A stretch of DNA of 56,755 bases from a virus (IMGVR_UViG_3300020442_002198:1-56755), one strand, 5' to 3'; positions 9,029 to 18,785 are shown, counted from the first letter of the stretch. Numbers and translations: made by a program. Notes: generated from the letters alone by a model not told the origin.

Positions 9029-11600
9029 GGCTCTTTTTACCTCTTGAGCCCTCTGTTGTTTCGATGTCTTCACCACGCATACCACGAGACTTTTTCTTCT
9101 TGCCTCTATGTGCTTCATTGGTTTGTTTTTCTTGTAGTGCGGCCCAAAGCTGTTCTTTAATAGAACTTTCCATTGGATTGTCACCACTGTGCCAACTTGG
9201 TTTTTTACTCATTTTCTTAGGAGCATTTACACCACTATCCCTTGATAGATCTATCATCTGTTGATCTGCTGTGCCGTATACTTCGTCCGGTGAATTAGAA
9301 TATTCTGCTTCATCAACATCATCTTCTTCGCCCATTCCGCAGGGTGATTCTGGTGGACCGTCTACTTTCATCATCATTGATTTCATATCATCATGTGGGT
9401 CCATTTTCATTGTAGGCATCATATCTGATACTGGCGCTGCATCTGGCATACCAGCATTTTTAAGAATACCAATGAGCTCTTTTACTTCGGCAGCACTTTC
9501 GCCATTCATTGAAATGTTCATACTTGCTTCTGTAACGTTTGTTTTATTAGTCATGTTATTATCCTTACTTGTGGTAACTGGTGCTGGAGCTGGAGGAGCA
9601 CTGCCACCTGCGGCAGTATCTGTGCCACCAGCGTCACCACCCGGTTGACTTCTTCCCATTTGTCCTCTTCCTGCATTTCTACCTTTAGGTGTTGCTGTGT
9701 CTTTTTTAGTTGTATATGTTTTACCATTATATTCGTAAATTCCAGGTTTGCCTCCGAACGCACTAAATCCAGCTTCTTGCTTAACAGTGATTTTGATACC
9801 TTTTTTAGCAAATTCACCAATAGCTTTTTGTAGTTCTTTACCGCTGAAGTCATCTAATACATCAGGAATAAGTGTGGGATTATTTTGTACCATTGTATCA
9901 AACGATGCTTGGTCTGCAATTTTTCCTATGGCGGCATACACTGCGGCTTCGTCTGTACCCATTTGACCTTTGGTTGCTTTTAACAACTCAGCTGGGATAG
10001 CTTCTTGTGCTTTTTGTACAGCAGCATTCTTCTCGTTATACCGTTTACGTAGATCTATAAGTTCTTTAAACTTAGCTTGTAGTTCGGGACTTTGTCCTTG
10101 CATAAATTCTGGATCTTTTATTTTAGGATCTAGTTCTGCCATAATTGCTTTTAGTGCTTCTGTATCTTCAGGTGTTAATGCTTCATCTATCCTACCTTCA
10201 ACAATAGCAATTAAATGTGAAAAATCTGTGCTTGTTGTTACTGGTTCGCCTTCGCCTAATCCTTTTTTGAATAAGGCAATCGCTTTGTCAAGATCCTGAG
10301 TCAAATCAGCACTGGCAATGCCTGCACCAGTATCAGGTTTGTCTGCAAAGTCTACTAACTTGGCTGCTGTTTCAGCACCTGGATCACCGTCTGCTTTTAT
10401 ACCTGCAAGTCCTTGTGCTTTTTTAACTGCGGCGATACTAGCCGGACCGTACAAACCGTCAGCATCGATATCCATATCTTTATTACCTGTAACAGTAGCA
10501 ATCTGCTTCATGATTTGTTGAACGGCAGCAACACTGGCTGATTTTTTCTTACCATTATCTGTTGCTTTCATTAAACCATTTGCGTTTGCTTGCTTTAATT
10601 CTTTAGGCATTTCATTTCTGATCCAAAGTGCTGGATCTTTAATAGCCGCCGCAATAGCACTGTCACTGTTTGTATCGATTTGACCAGGTGAGCCGCCCTC
10701 GACCTCACCCGGATCTCCTGTTTGTCCTGATTGTATTTTTTTGTATTGGCTTTGTGCAGCTTCAATCTGTTGTCTGAGCTGGCCGTCGGTTAATGTTTCC
10801 ATTGCACCTTCTAGCTCGCCCATAAGTTTTGCAAGTTCATCTGCTTCTTCATCACTCATTGCTTCTAGCAACTGTTCTGCATATGTACGAGTTGCAAAAC
10901 TTTCATCAGTAGCTTGTTCTGTTGCTTTTGCAAGTAGTTCCTGCACTCTTTTTAACTTTGTTGATATTTCTTCATTACTTAATGCGCCTGTAGCATCACC
11001 GCTTTCTTCGCCTGCTGCGGCCATAACTTCTTTAGCTTTTGCCGCTACATCTTCTCTCGAACTTTGTGTTACTTTTTGAATCTTTTCTTTTGTAGCGTCA
11101 GGTAATAGTCCTTGTTTTGCAACATCTAGCGCCTGATCCATGTTGCCCCCTTTGGCACTCTTAACCTCATCGCCATCGAGGTAAACATAGGAACTACCAT
11201 CTGCTCTGTACATACCTTCAAGTCCTAATGACTTTGCTATGTATGCAAGTACGTATCTTGAATTACTGTCACTACCTGCTTCTTTTTCTGCCGCTGCAAT
11301 ATCTTGTACGCTCATTCCAGGCTTAGCGTATTTTTTTACTATTGCATCTAATTCTTCATTCCCACCTGATACATCTTGTGCAGTACTGCTATCAAATTTT
11401 TCATATGCATTACTACCATCAATAAATTTTTGTGCATCTTCTTCTGACGCATGTAGGTCAAATACTTTGCCATCTGCATCTTTTATTTTTGTAACAGGTA
11501 AACTTTTGTCTACATTAAAATTTACTAGGCCTCCTTGACTTGATAGGCCTCTAGCTGGTGCTTCGTTAAGTATATCTAAATATGATCTCATGTAATTCAT
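9006..11600 (-). CDS. Putative internal head/ejection protein with a peptidoglycan-binding domain, an annexin-like repeat and a basic C-terminal tail
   Basis: PG-binding-1 pattern VAAVQQ..DADGLYGPASIAAVKKAQGLAGIKADGDPGAET; LLKATKGQMGTDEAAVY...DDFSG; N-terminal YLDILNEA; C-terminal SRGKKSRGKKSRG. Confidence 0.6.
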   Translation of the reverse strand: MNYMRSYLDILNEAPARGLSSQGGLVNFNVDKSLPVTKIKDADGKVFDLHASEEDAQKFIDGSNAYEKFDSSTAQDVSGGNEELDAIVKKYAKPGMSVQDIAAAEKEAGSDSNSRYVLAYIAKSLGLEGMYRADGSSYVYLDGDEVKSAKGGNMDQALDVAKQGLLPDATKEKIQKVTQSSREDVAAKAKEVMAAAGEESGDATGALSNEEISTKLKRVQELLAKATEQATDESFATRTYAEQLLEAMSDEEADELAKLMGELEGAMETLTDGQLRQQIEAAQSQYKKIQSGQTGDPGEVEGGSPGQIDTNSDSAIAAAIKDPALWIRNEMPKELKQANANGLMKATDNGKKKSASVAAVQQIMKQIATVTGNKDMDIDADGLYGPASIAAVKKAQGLAGIKADGDPGAETAAKLVDFADKPDTGAGIASADLTQDLDKAIALFKKGLGEGEPVTTSTDFSHLIAIVEGRIDEALTPEDTEALKAIMAELDPKIKDPEFMQGQSPELQAKFKELIDLRKRYNEKNAAVQKAQEAIPAELLKATKGQMGTDEAAVYAAIGKIADQASFDTMVQNNPTLIPDVLDDFSGKELQKAIGEFAKKGIKITVKQEAGFSAFGGKPGIYEYNGKTYTTKKDTATPKGRNAGRGQMGRSQPGGDAGGTDTAAGGSAPPAPAPVTTSKDNNMTNKTNVTEASMNISMNGESAAEVKELIGILKNAGMPDAAPVSDMMPTMKMDPHDDMKSMMMKVDGPPESPCGMGEEDDVDEAEYSNSPDEVYGTADQQMIDLSRDSGVNAPKKMSKKPSWHSGDNPMESSIKEQLWAALQEKQTNEAHRGKKKKSRGMRGEDIETTEGSRGKKSRGKKSRG

Positions 11601-11601
11601 T

Positions 11602-12162
11602 TTAACTTCCTATTGGTGACTTAGCACCTACTGTTTCGTCTTTTATATCTTGCGATTCACCTGGCTTAACACCTTCTGTTGGATCTATTTCTCTATCCTT
11701 ACGTGCATCTTCAAGTTCTTTCAGCAAGTCCATTACTCTGTTTGTTCCCGCAAGCTGTTGACCGTCTTCGCCGCCCATATCTTCTGTATTTAACATAGCT
11801 TCGTAAGGTTCATCACTTGGAGGTTCTTGTAATACATCAATGTCATGTCCTGGTGCATTGACTCTTACATATTTTTCATCACAATCGCAACAACTTGCAA
11901 TATATGTAGCAAGAACATTAGGTGTAACTGGGTATGCTACTTCTGCTTCATATATTGTAACTTCCATATTTTGTAACTGGGGGAAATCTAATGGACGTTC
12001 TGTAATTGGTGTTGTTTTTCCTGTGCTTAATTTTACAAGTTGATATTTTTGCAAGCAAGTTTCTAACTTGTCGCTGTTATCTTTTGGCAAGTCTCCTGCC
12101 ATTTTAATTGTAAATTCGTATGTCTTACTAGATTCAGTAAGTATGTCTTTAAATGTTCTCAT
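11602..12162 (-). CDS. Hypothetical virion protein
   Basis: N-terminal MRTFKDILTES resembles prohead-protease-cleaved leaders of T4-like head proteins; late promoter upstream. Confidence 0.5.
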   Translation of the reverse strand: MRTFKDILTESSKTYEFTIKMAGDLPKDNSDKLETCLQKYQLVKLSTGKTTPITERPLDFPQLQNMEVTIYEAEVAYPVTPNVLATYIASCCDCDEKYVRVNAPGHDIDVLQEPPSDEPYEAMLNTEDMGGEDGQQLAGTNRVMDLLKELEDARKDREIDPTEGVKPGESQDIKDETVGAKSPIGS

Positions 12163-12182
12163 AGCATTATTCCCGTTATACT

Positions 12183-12671
12183 CTATTTATCCATATTCTT
12201 AAGTTTCTCTAATAAACTGTTTCGGTCTGTAACTACATATCCTTCGCCATTTACAATGTCTCCAGTATCTATATTATCTTTATCTAATTTTTCTTTTTTC
12301 AACTGAAGTTCTATCATTTTAAGTTTTTTGTCCATTTTTGCAACTTTTGCATCAAGGCTTGTTTTTAGCATTGAACCTGCAACTTCAAACACTCTACCAC
12401 TGTATCTACTTTCAACATTCATACCTAAATCCATTAGGTCTTCATAACTTTGCAAAGCACGATCAGCGATGTCTTCTAGTTCACCATCAGCTTTATCGCC
12501 TAAACCTTTTACTTGTGGAAGAGCCGCTGTAATTTTATCAAATTCTGCCATAGAACGCATAGTTTCTTCTTGCTCTACAACTGCTGTTTTAATTTTTTCT
12601 TTTTTCTTATCGTCGTTGATTATTTCTTTACTGTCAGGCATATTCAACAAATCTTCTAATTTTTTGGTCAT
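12183..12671 (-). CDS. Probable terminase small subunit (gp16-like)
   Basis: 162 aa, helical; SGRVFEVAGSML resembles the PRAYEV motif and VVTDRNSLLEKLK resembles the C-terminal motif of T4-like small terminases (recalled, not searched). Confidence 0.5.
   Translation of the reverse strand: MTKKLEDLLNMPDSKEIINDDKKKEKIKTAVVEQEETMRSMAEFDKITAALPQVKGLGDKADGELEDIADRALQSYEDLMDLGMNVESRYSGRVFEVAGSMLKTSLDAKVAKMDKKLKMIELQLKKEKLDKDNIDTGDIVNGEGYVVTDRNSLLEKLKNMDK
12184..12191 (-). promoter_or_regulatory. Late promoter GATAAATA
   Basis: Formed by the last codons (Asp-Lys-stop) of the upstream gene; 21 nt before ATG 12162. Confidence 0.55.
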
Positions 12672-12694
12672 ATCATAAACCTCATTGTTAAAAC

Positions 12695-12702
12695 TATTTA
12701 GC
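12695..12702 (-). promoter_or_regulatory. Late promoter GCTAAATA
   Basis: Overlaps the gp4 stop codon, upstream of GAGG RBS and ATG 12671. Confidence 0.5.
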
Positions 12703-13132
12703 GTCGACCTTGATGGAAGATGTCTTCTTCTGTAATAACCCTAAAGAAAATGCCCTTTTGTTTACACCACGATCTTGCGGCTTCCCATTTTGCCATGTTC
12801 ATAATGTAATGTGCTTGATTTGCTCTACTGCGTCCTAATCGTTCTTTGACTGATTGATTTTTTGGTTTAACTTCTATTAATTCTACTTTTTGTTTTCCGC
12901 CTTTATCGGCATATACAATAAAAAAGTCCGGTACATAAATTGTTTGCTTACCTGTAAGCGGATTTCTATATGGAATTTTTACAGCTTCGCTTGCCCATTG
13001 ACTAACATTAGGGTGTTCGTCACAAAATTTCATAAAAGTATATTCCCAACTTGACCTATAAGTTGGAGTTCTATTACCTGCATATTTTTCAGGGAATTTT
13101 AATCTAAATTTGCCTTGTGCAAACCGTGCCAT
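12698..13132 (-). CDS. gp4: Head completion nuclease, T4 gp4-like (TnsA/PD-(D/E)xK fold)
   Basis: PEKYAG, YRSSWE..FM.FCD, WASE...IPY, YVPDF, IEVKP, N.AKWEAA, FRVITE. Confidence 0.9.
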   Translation of the reverse strand: MARFAQGKFRLKFPEKYAGNRTPTYRSSWEYTFMKFCDEHPNVSQWASEAVKIPYRNPLTGKQTIYVPDFFIVYADKGGKQKVELIEVKPKNQSVKERLGRSRANQAHYIMNMAKWEAARSWCKQKGIFFRVITEEDIFHQGRR

Positions 13133-13479
13133 TATTCTAAAATATTTCGTTTTTCTGTTAGATTTGTTTGGCTGTCTCTAGTAAATCCAATTGTACTAGT
13201 GCTAGGTCTATTATAATTGATAACTTGAGCAACAACAGCAGATAGTTGGACTGCTTCTAAACCTTTTAAAGTATCCAATAGTTCAAATACTTTTACATTA
13301 TCCAAACGTGCTTGTGTGAGCAATGTAGTTGCTGTGCTTATTGCCGCAGTTTTTTCAAATCCTCTGTTTTCAAAAAATCCAACTACAGCATCAACTTCAT
13401 TACTAGGAAAGTTTTGACTAGCTGTAAAATATTGATCAAAAACTTTATTTACTTTTTGGTCAGACGTTAATTCGCTCAT
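13132..13479 (-). CDS. Hypothetical protein
   Basis: 115 aa ORF overlapping both neighbours by start/stop coupling. Confidence 0.65.
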   Translation of the reverse strand: MSELTSDQKVNKVFDQYFTASQNFPSNEVDAVVGFFENRGFEKTAAISTATTLLTQARLDNVKVFELLDTLKGLEAVQLSAVVAQVINYNRPSTSTIGFTRDSQTNLTEKRNILE

Positions 13480-14687
13480 ATTAGGTCATTGCCTCCAAAT
13501 AGATCCTGTTGCCCTTGTGATAATGCATTTTTAAGATCGCCGCCTCTATTTTGGAATGCTTTTGTATTTGCTGTCCTCGATCTACTAATTGCATTTGTTG
13601 CGGCTAAACCTAAACCTACAGCTGCCGCCGCTGTTGTTAAACTTCCTTTACCGCCGCTTTTAGGAAAAAATGCTCCTGAGACACCACTCACATCAATACC
13701 GGCAGCTTGTCCTATTGCATTTTTAAGTATACTAAATCCTTCTTGTCTAAGACCTTCTTTTGAAAGACTTCTTATATTACCAAGTAAATTTGCGCCTGCT
13801 AATATTGCTTCTAATGGATTGTTAAAGTTTTGTCCGCCTGCTATATATTGAGCTAAACTAATTGCTGTGCCTATTGCAGTACCTAATCCGCCTGCACTAC
13901 CACCGAGTGGCGATATAGGACTTGGTGTTCTATCATAATGTGCAGTATCTCCAAAACCTTTTGGATTATCGTATGCTACGTTATCTCTATTGTAGAATAC
14001 AGCTTCATAAGCAACAGTAATTGTATTTTCCATCATACCTTGACCATCGCTGTTATCTAAAGAGTCATGTTGCCAATTTGTAATGATAGGATTAACTATT
14101 GTAAAACTTGTAAATTTTTTACGTGCAAACTGTGTAATTGTAATATCATCAAAAAATGGAAACCCAGGATTGTTATTGTCTAATCCAAACTTCCAACCAT
14201 TATCTGTGCTACCTTTGTAGGTTGCATCTGCATTTCCTCGCTTAAATGCAGCTCTACCTCTATCCCAACCCTGATTACCATCTGCAAAATAATATCTATA
14301 GTATGCTTCTAAAAGCACACTTGTAATACCTAAATTATCATCGTGAAAGCTAATTGTAATAGGATCATATTGTATATTTGTTTGAATGTTCTTTTTTCGA
14401 TTGTATTTGTTTTTTGTAGTAATAGCGGCACTAAACTTAGGCAAGTCTGCACGTTTAACTAACATGCCTACTTCATTTAGGTGCTTACGTGTAAAGTCAG
14501 GTAAAATACTACCTGCTGTTGAATTTACATTAAAATTTACATGATAAAGAAATTTTGATTTTGGTGCAAGACGCATTGCGTCCGTTACAAACATCCTACT
14601 TGCATGTTGCCAATCGGCTAAATTGCCCTTAGGATTAAGAACACCATTAATTAAATTATCTGCAAAACCTGAAAACTTATCTGCCAT
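13476..14687 (-). CDS. Tail-tube-fold baseplate/tube initiator protein (gp48/gp54-like)
   Basis: LVKRADLP, YDPITISFHDD, ITVAYE tube-fold pattern followed by a Gly/Ala-rich tail; adjacent to the tail tube gene. Confidence 0.55.
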   Translation of the reverse strand: MADKFSGFADNLINGVLNPKGNLADWQHASRMFVTDAMRLAPKSKFLYHVNFNVNSTAGSILPDFTRKHLNEVGMLVKRADLPKFSAAITTKNKYNRKKNIQTNIQYDPITISFHDDNLGITSVLLEAYYRYYFADGNQGWDRGRAAFKRGNADATYKGSTDNGWKFGLDNNNPGFPFFDDITITQFARKKFTSFTIVNPIITNWQHDSLDNSDGQGMMENTITVAYEAVFYNRDNVAYDNPKGFGDTAHYDRTPSPISPLGGSAGGLGTAIGTAISLAQYIAGGQNFNNPLEAILAGANLLGNIRSLSKEGLRQEGFSILKNAIGQAAGIDVSGVSGAFFPKSGGKGSLTTAAAAVGLGLAATNAISRSRTANTKAFQNRGGDLKNALSQGQQDLFGGNDLI

Positions 14688-14692
14688 ACAAA

Positions 14693-14700
14693 TATTTATC
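14693..14700 (-). promoter_or_regulatory. Late promoter GATAAATA
   Basis: 5 nt upstream of ATG 14687, just downstream of a terminator. Confidence 0.65.
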
Positions 14701-14727
14701 CTTTATTATTAAGTGCGTATAAAATAA

Positions 14728-14753
14728 AAAAGGAGCCGATTAAGGCTCCTTTT
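14728..14753 (-). terminator. Intrinsic terminator after the tail tube gene
   Basis: AAAAGGAGCC-TTAATC-GGCTCCTTTT followed by TTATTTT on the minus strand; could act in both directions. Confidence 0.85.
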
Positions 14754-14778
14754 AATACAGGACTAACTGATAAATGTC

Positions 14779-15405
14779 TTAGGCACCGCCACCTGTTACG
14801 GCAGTGTTAAGTGTTCTTCCTACTGCTGTACCAATACCTGTATCAGCTGGTGTTTGGATCGCATTATCGTATCTAATACTTAATGATACTGTCACTGGTT
14901 CATTTGTAGCATAATTTAATGTATTGTAGTTTGCACTCTCTAAGTAACAACCATATACTTCGAATGTATCTAGTATGTTTGGAGTGTGAATGCCGTTACC
15001 ACCATCTAAGATCTCAATACGTGTTGTAAATTTGTAATCTAAGCCCGAAGCTGCACTTGACTGCTCGAAGAAATCAAATTGCTTCTGTAGTTGCTCGCCT
15101 ACAAGTTTTTGTACGTTGTTGTTTACATCTTCACGTAAGTTTAATGATAGTGGTTCCCAAGTATGTTTACCTGCTAGATAAACTCTTGAATTGTATATAT
15201 CTATAGTCATTTGTTCAAAACTTACGTTAGGTCTAGTAACATCTATTACTTGCTTTGTAAGCTCTGTAGTCGGTGTTGACACACCAAAGTTTTCCAGGCT
15301 CACTCTAAAGCGATACTGGAGCTTTGGCATAAGCAGTCCTTGGTTACTAGCCGAGTCGCCGCTTGCCAACGGTACTGTAATTTTTGATAGTGTTGAAATT
15401 GCCAT
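14779..15405 (-). CDS. gp19: Tail tube protein, gp19-like
   Basis: PKLQYRFRV, YLAGKHTWEPL, YGCYL...Y..LNY, LSIRYDNA; directly downstream of the sheath; AGGAG RBS. Confidence 0.85.
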   Translation of the reverse strand: MAISTLSKITVPLASGDSASNQGLLMPKLQYRFRVSLENFGVSTPTTELTKQVIDVTRPNVSFEQMTIDIYNSRVYLAGKHTWEPLSLNLREDVNNNVQKLVGEQLQKQFDFFEQSSAASGLDYKFTTRIEILDGGNGIHTPNILDTFEVYGCYLESANYNTLNYATNEPVTVSLSIRYDNAIQTPADTGIGTAVGRTLNTAVTGGGA

Positions 15406-15426
15406 CTATTGCTCCTAAGTTAATAG

Positions 15427-15434
15427 TATTTATC
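15427..15434 (-). promoter_or_regulatory. Late promoter GATAAATA
   Basis: In the sheath-tube intergenic gap, upstream of the RBS. Confidence 0.6.
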
Positions 15435-15437
15435 AGT

Positions 15438-18400
15438 TTATAGTCCTGCTATTTCTCCAGTATTTTTCAAGCGTAGTGGAATATATATAAACTCCACTGC
15501 TTTTACTGGTTCGATAGCAATGTCTAAGTACAGTTCGTTCCTGTCTATTCTAGCTGGTGTGTTGTTTGAATCATCACATACAACTAGATAATCGTATAGT
15601 GCTCTTTGACTTACAAGTTCTAGCATTAGACTTTCAGCCGCTTGCTTGATCTCATCACGTGTGATCTTATCATTTGGCTCAAAAATGTAAGGCTTTGCAA
15701 GTTTGTTTAGCTGACTACGCAAGTAGATAACCAAACGTGCTACGTTTATTCTGTCTAGTGAACTTGCACCTCTTGCACGAGTTTTTTGTCCGAAGTTAAC
15801 TAATCCAGCACCTGTAATAAACGTAATAGGATTGACTGCATTTGAATACAGTGTATCTCTTTGTCCTTCGTTCAATGCAACACTTACAAATTCGCCTTCA
15901 GCGTTAAGGAAACCTGTTGAAGAAGCGTTAGTAATACCACCACGTCTTGTACCTGCTGGTGCAAACCATGGGAACGATACTTGATCGCTTAGTGCCAAAG
16001 TTCTTAACATCATATGTGATGGTGGAACAACTACATTATTTCCTGCGTTGTCACTTGTAAATCCTGATGGATAAAATACACCTAAGTATTCATCTCTACT
16101 TACAAGTCCATCGTCATTATCTTCTACAACCGTGTTTACATTGGTAGCCCAGTCGTTTAGCGAAGTTGCATCTGGTGTAAGTCTCATTGGCGAATCTCCT
16201 ACAATAAATGCAGTCAATCCTCTGTCGAAGTTTAGACTTATCATTTCACCTATTAGTTCTGGATAACCAGGTGTTGCCATTACATTAAACAGTCTTGATT
16301 CATCATCTCTGATGTCATCGTTACTGTTTACTGTAGCTTGTAGAGCTTGTACAATAACTTTACGCTGTGCTTTACGTCCAAAGCTACCTGATCCATCATT
16401 TTGGTTACCTGATTCTGTTACCCAACGATGTACATAATAGTTTTGCATAGATTCGCCATCTCCAGAACCAAAACGTACATTATTGTCAGCTGTGTTAATA
16501 TAGTTACGCTCGAAACGTTTTACATTAAATCCACTTCTACGTAAGTTCCAAAGCAACATACCTTTTGGATATAATGCTGGATCTGGGCAATCAAAATCTA
16601 CAAAGTCACTTGTTAGTAATGTATCAATGTCGCCTGCTTCATTTGAATTAGCACCACTTGTATTATAACGTGCATCTGCAAATAATACGCCTGATTCAGT
16701 TGTTTGATCTGACTTATCAATTAATTCCCATCTGTTTTCAGCTGGTGTATTTGTTAAGTTTGCATTATACTTGTATATTGCTGGATAGTTTTCTAAATCA
16801 GCAGTGCCTATCCAAATGTCACCATTCTTTAGAGCAGATCCGTCTGACTGTGTTGTAGGCTTAGTAGCACTTACAATTGGTCCTGCTGGATCTGTTTGTT
16901 CTGCTGAATCTGACACCCAGTAAGGTGATGTAGCTGAAAGATATCCTACCCATTTTGTTCCGTCATTGATCATTATATCAACTTCGTCAACTACTGAACT
17001 ATACCATAGCTGTCCTTGTGTTGCTAAAGCTGTTACAGCAGAATCGCTTGCAGTATATGTCAATACTTTCCAATTAGATGCTTGTAATTGTAAGGGACTT
17101 GTTGTGCCGTCTGTACCATCTTGATAATATAGATTTGGTGTACCGCTTGTTGCACTTACATATGCAGCAAAACCTGCATTAGTTAAAGCACCATCTGTAT
17201 CAGTAAGTTTGATTTCGCCACCTTCTGAATGCTTAATAACAACCTTATTTTGTGTATTAACTTCTGCACTTACACCATGAATGTTATTATTTGTTATTGC
17301 CGCGGCTAGTAAAGCTGCATCTGTTGTTGCACCAGTAGCAGTAAATGTTACTGTATCTTCAGCTGTGAAAGCAAGCTGACCTTTCTTTGTAGATGATATT
17401 TTAAATGTAAATGCACCTGCAGAGAATGTACTTGCAGTAATTTTTGCTGAAGTAATCGTTGTAGGTCCAACACTTTCTCGTCTATAAAGTTTAAAAGTTC
17501 CTAATGGACTTGAATCTCCTGCAACATTTGTTTTTGCATATAAAGCACCGATTGCTATGTTTGCACCGCCGCCTGTTCTATCTAAATTATAAAGAGCGGC
17601 AGCATTTGTGTCATACATTGGTGATTCAATTTTGTTCCAAACTTTTGCTGAATCACTCCATTCTTTTACGTTTAACTTAGCACCAGCATTTGGTTCTGTG
17701 GTTTTAATCCAAACACTTCCTGTTGGACGTGAATATGTGTCTGCCGTTTTCCATTCTGGAACACTTGTATGTTGTGCTATAGCAAGTGCTGGAGGAAAGT
17801 ATGTACCAGCAGTAATACCTAGTTCTGTAAGACCATCGGCATCACCTCCGATTAAAATATCTCCAGCTAGTGTACTATCTTGACTTGCACTTCCTGAACC
17901 ATCACTATAAATTTCTAGTCTTGTATCAACTACTGCCGCTGTTACACCCTGTATAAGCAAACCGTTGATTGTTGAAACAACATCACTTACTGTATCACTT
18001 GAACCAATTGCAACTGTTGTTCCGTTAATTGTAATATTACGTGGAGCAGCAAAAGTTGGATTAGACTTTGAACCTTTTACAGTAGCCCAACTCTTTGTCC
18101 AAGCATCACTACCAACTAATACCCATGCTCCGCTTGAATTCCTGTAATAAATTCTGTTTAATGTTGATGTAGCTACAACTGCATAATCACCTATAGCACC
18201 TACTGTGTCTTTTGGTCTTTGCCCGGCGTATCCATTTGCTACTAAAGATCCACTTTCAGTTTGGGTAGAATCTGTAATTACTAGTGGAACTTTGTTAGTA
18301 AACTGTTGTCCGCCTGTCGTTGTGATTGCTTCACCATTCCACTGTTGAATACCGTATAAAGAATCATCTGTATCTAGCCAATATGTTCCATCAGTTGGAT

Positions 18401-18785
18401 CTGCCGCAGGTGCTGTTGCACTTGCCGCTAGTTCATTTAAGTCTACATCTGCTCTTACTACGAATGCTCTGTTGCTAACACCCAACAACGAATAAGCAGC
18501 CTGTAATCCATATTCATTAAGTTCTGAACCGTGTATTGGATTGTTATTAGAATCAATTTGGAAAACTGGATCTCCAAAAGTGTCTGCTAAATCACGTTGT
18601 GATGTTAACAAGAAAGGCTTACCAGCGTTAGCTTTTAAAGTACCTTGTGCTGTGCCTGTGCCTCCTGCGTTAGCTTTGTTACTTGCAGAGGCAACAAAGA
18701 TCATTGGGGTTGTGCCTGGCTCCGATGGGGTGTAAAAACTTTCGTCTATTACGGATACCTGAACACCTGGTGATGTTAATGCCAT
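15438..18785 (-). CDS. gp18: Contractile tail sheath protein, gp18-like, with a large central insertion
   Basis: N-terminal LTSPGVQVSVIDES; C-terminal PWFAPAGTRRG, RDTLYSNAVNPI, GQKT, LDRINVARL, FEPND, PVKAVEFIYI. Confidence 0.93.
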   Translation of the reverse strand: MALTSPGVQVSVIDESFYTPSEPGTTPMIFVASASNKANAGGTGTAQGTLKANAGKPFLLTSQRDLADTFGDPVFQIDSNNNPIHGSELNEYGLQAAYSLLGVSNRAFVVRADVDLNELAASATAPAADPTDGTYWLDTDDSLYGIQQWNGEAITTTGGQQFTNKVPLVITDSTQTESGSLVANGYAGQRPKDTVGAIGDYAVVATSTLNRIYYRNSSGAWVLVGSDAWTKSWATVKGSKSNPTFAAPRNITINGTTVAIGSSDTVSDVVSTINGLLIQGVTAAVVDTRLEIYSDGSGSASQDSTLAGDILIGGDADGLTELGITAGTYFPPALAIAQHTSVPEWKTADTYSRPTGSVWIKTTEPNAGAKLNVKEWSDSAKVWNKIESPMYDTNAAALYNLDRTGGGANIAIGALYAKTNVAGDSSPLGTFKLYRRESVGPTTITSAKITASTFSAGAFTFKISSTKKGQLAFTAEDTVTFTATGATTDAALLAAAITNNNIHGVSAEVNTQNKVVIKHSEGGEIKLTDTDGALTNAGFAAYVSATSGTPNLYYQDGTDGTTSPLQLQASNWKVLTYTASDSAVTALATQGQLWYSSVVDEVDIMINDGTKWVGYLSATSPYWVSDSAEQTDPAGPIVSATKPTTQSDGSALKNGDIWIGTADLENYPAIYKYNANLTNTPAENRWELIDKSDQTTESGVLFADARYNTSGANSNEAGDIDTLLTSDFVDFDCPDPALYPKGMLLWNLRRSGFNVKRFERNYINTADNNVRFGSGDGESMQNYYVHRWVTESGNQNDGSGSFGRKAQRKVIVQALQATVNSNDDIRDDESRLFNVMATPGYPELIGEMISLNFDRGLTAFIVGDSPMRLTPDATSLNDWATNVNTVVEDNDDGLVSRDEYLGVFYPSGFTSDNAGNNVVVPPSHMMLRTLALSDQVSFPWFAPAGTRRGGITNASSTGFLNAEGEFVSVALNEGQRDTLYSNAVNPITFITGAGLVNFGQKTRARGASSLDRINVARLVIYLRSQLNKLAKPYIFEPNDKITRDEIKQAAESLMLELVSQRALYDYLVVCDDSNNTPARIDRNELYLDIAIEPVKAVEFIYIPLRLKNTGEIAGL

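Noticed and set aside
9029-9187. Extended N-terminus of the 170-aa ORF as a true overlapping gene
   Set aside because: It is an alternative frame of the basic tail of the 864-aa gene with no RBS; a later start is more economical.
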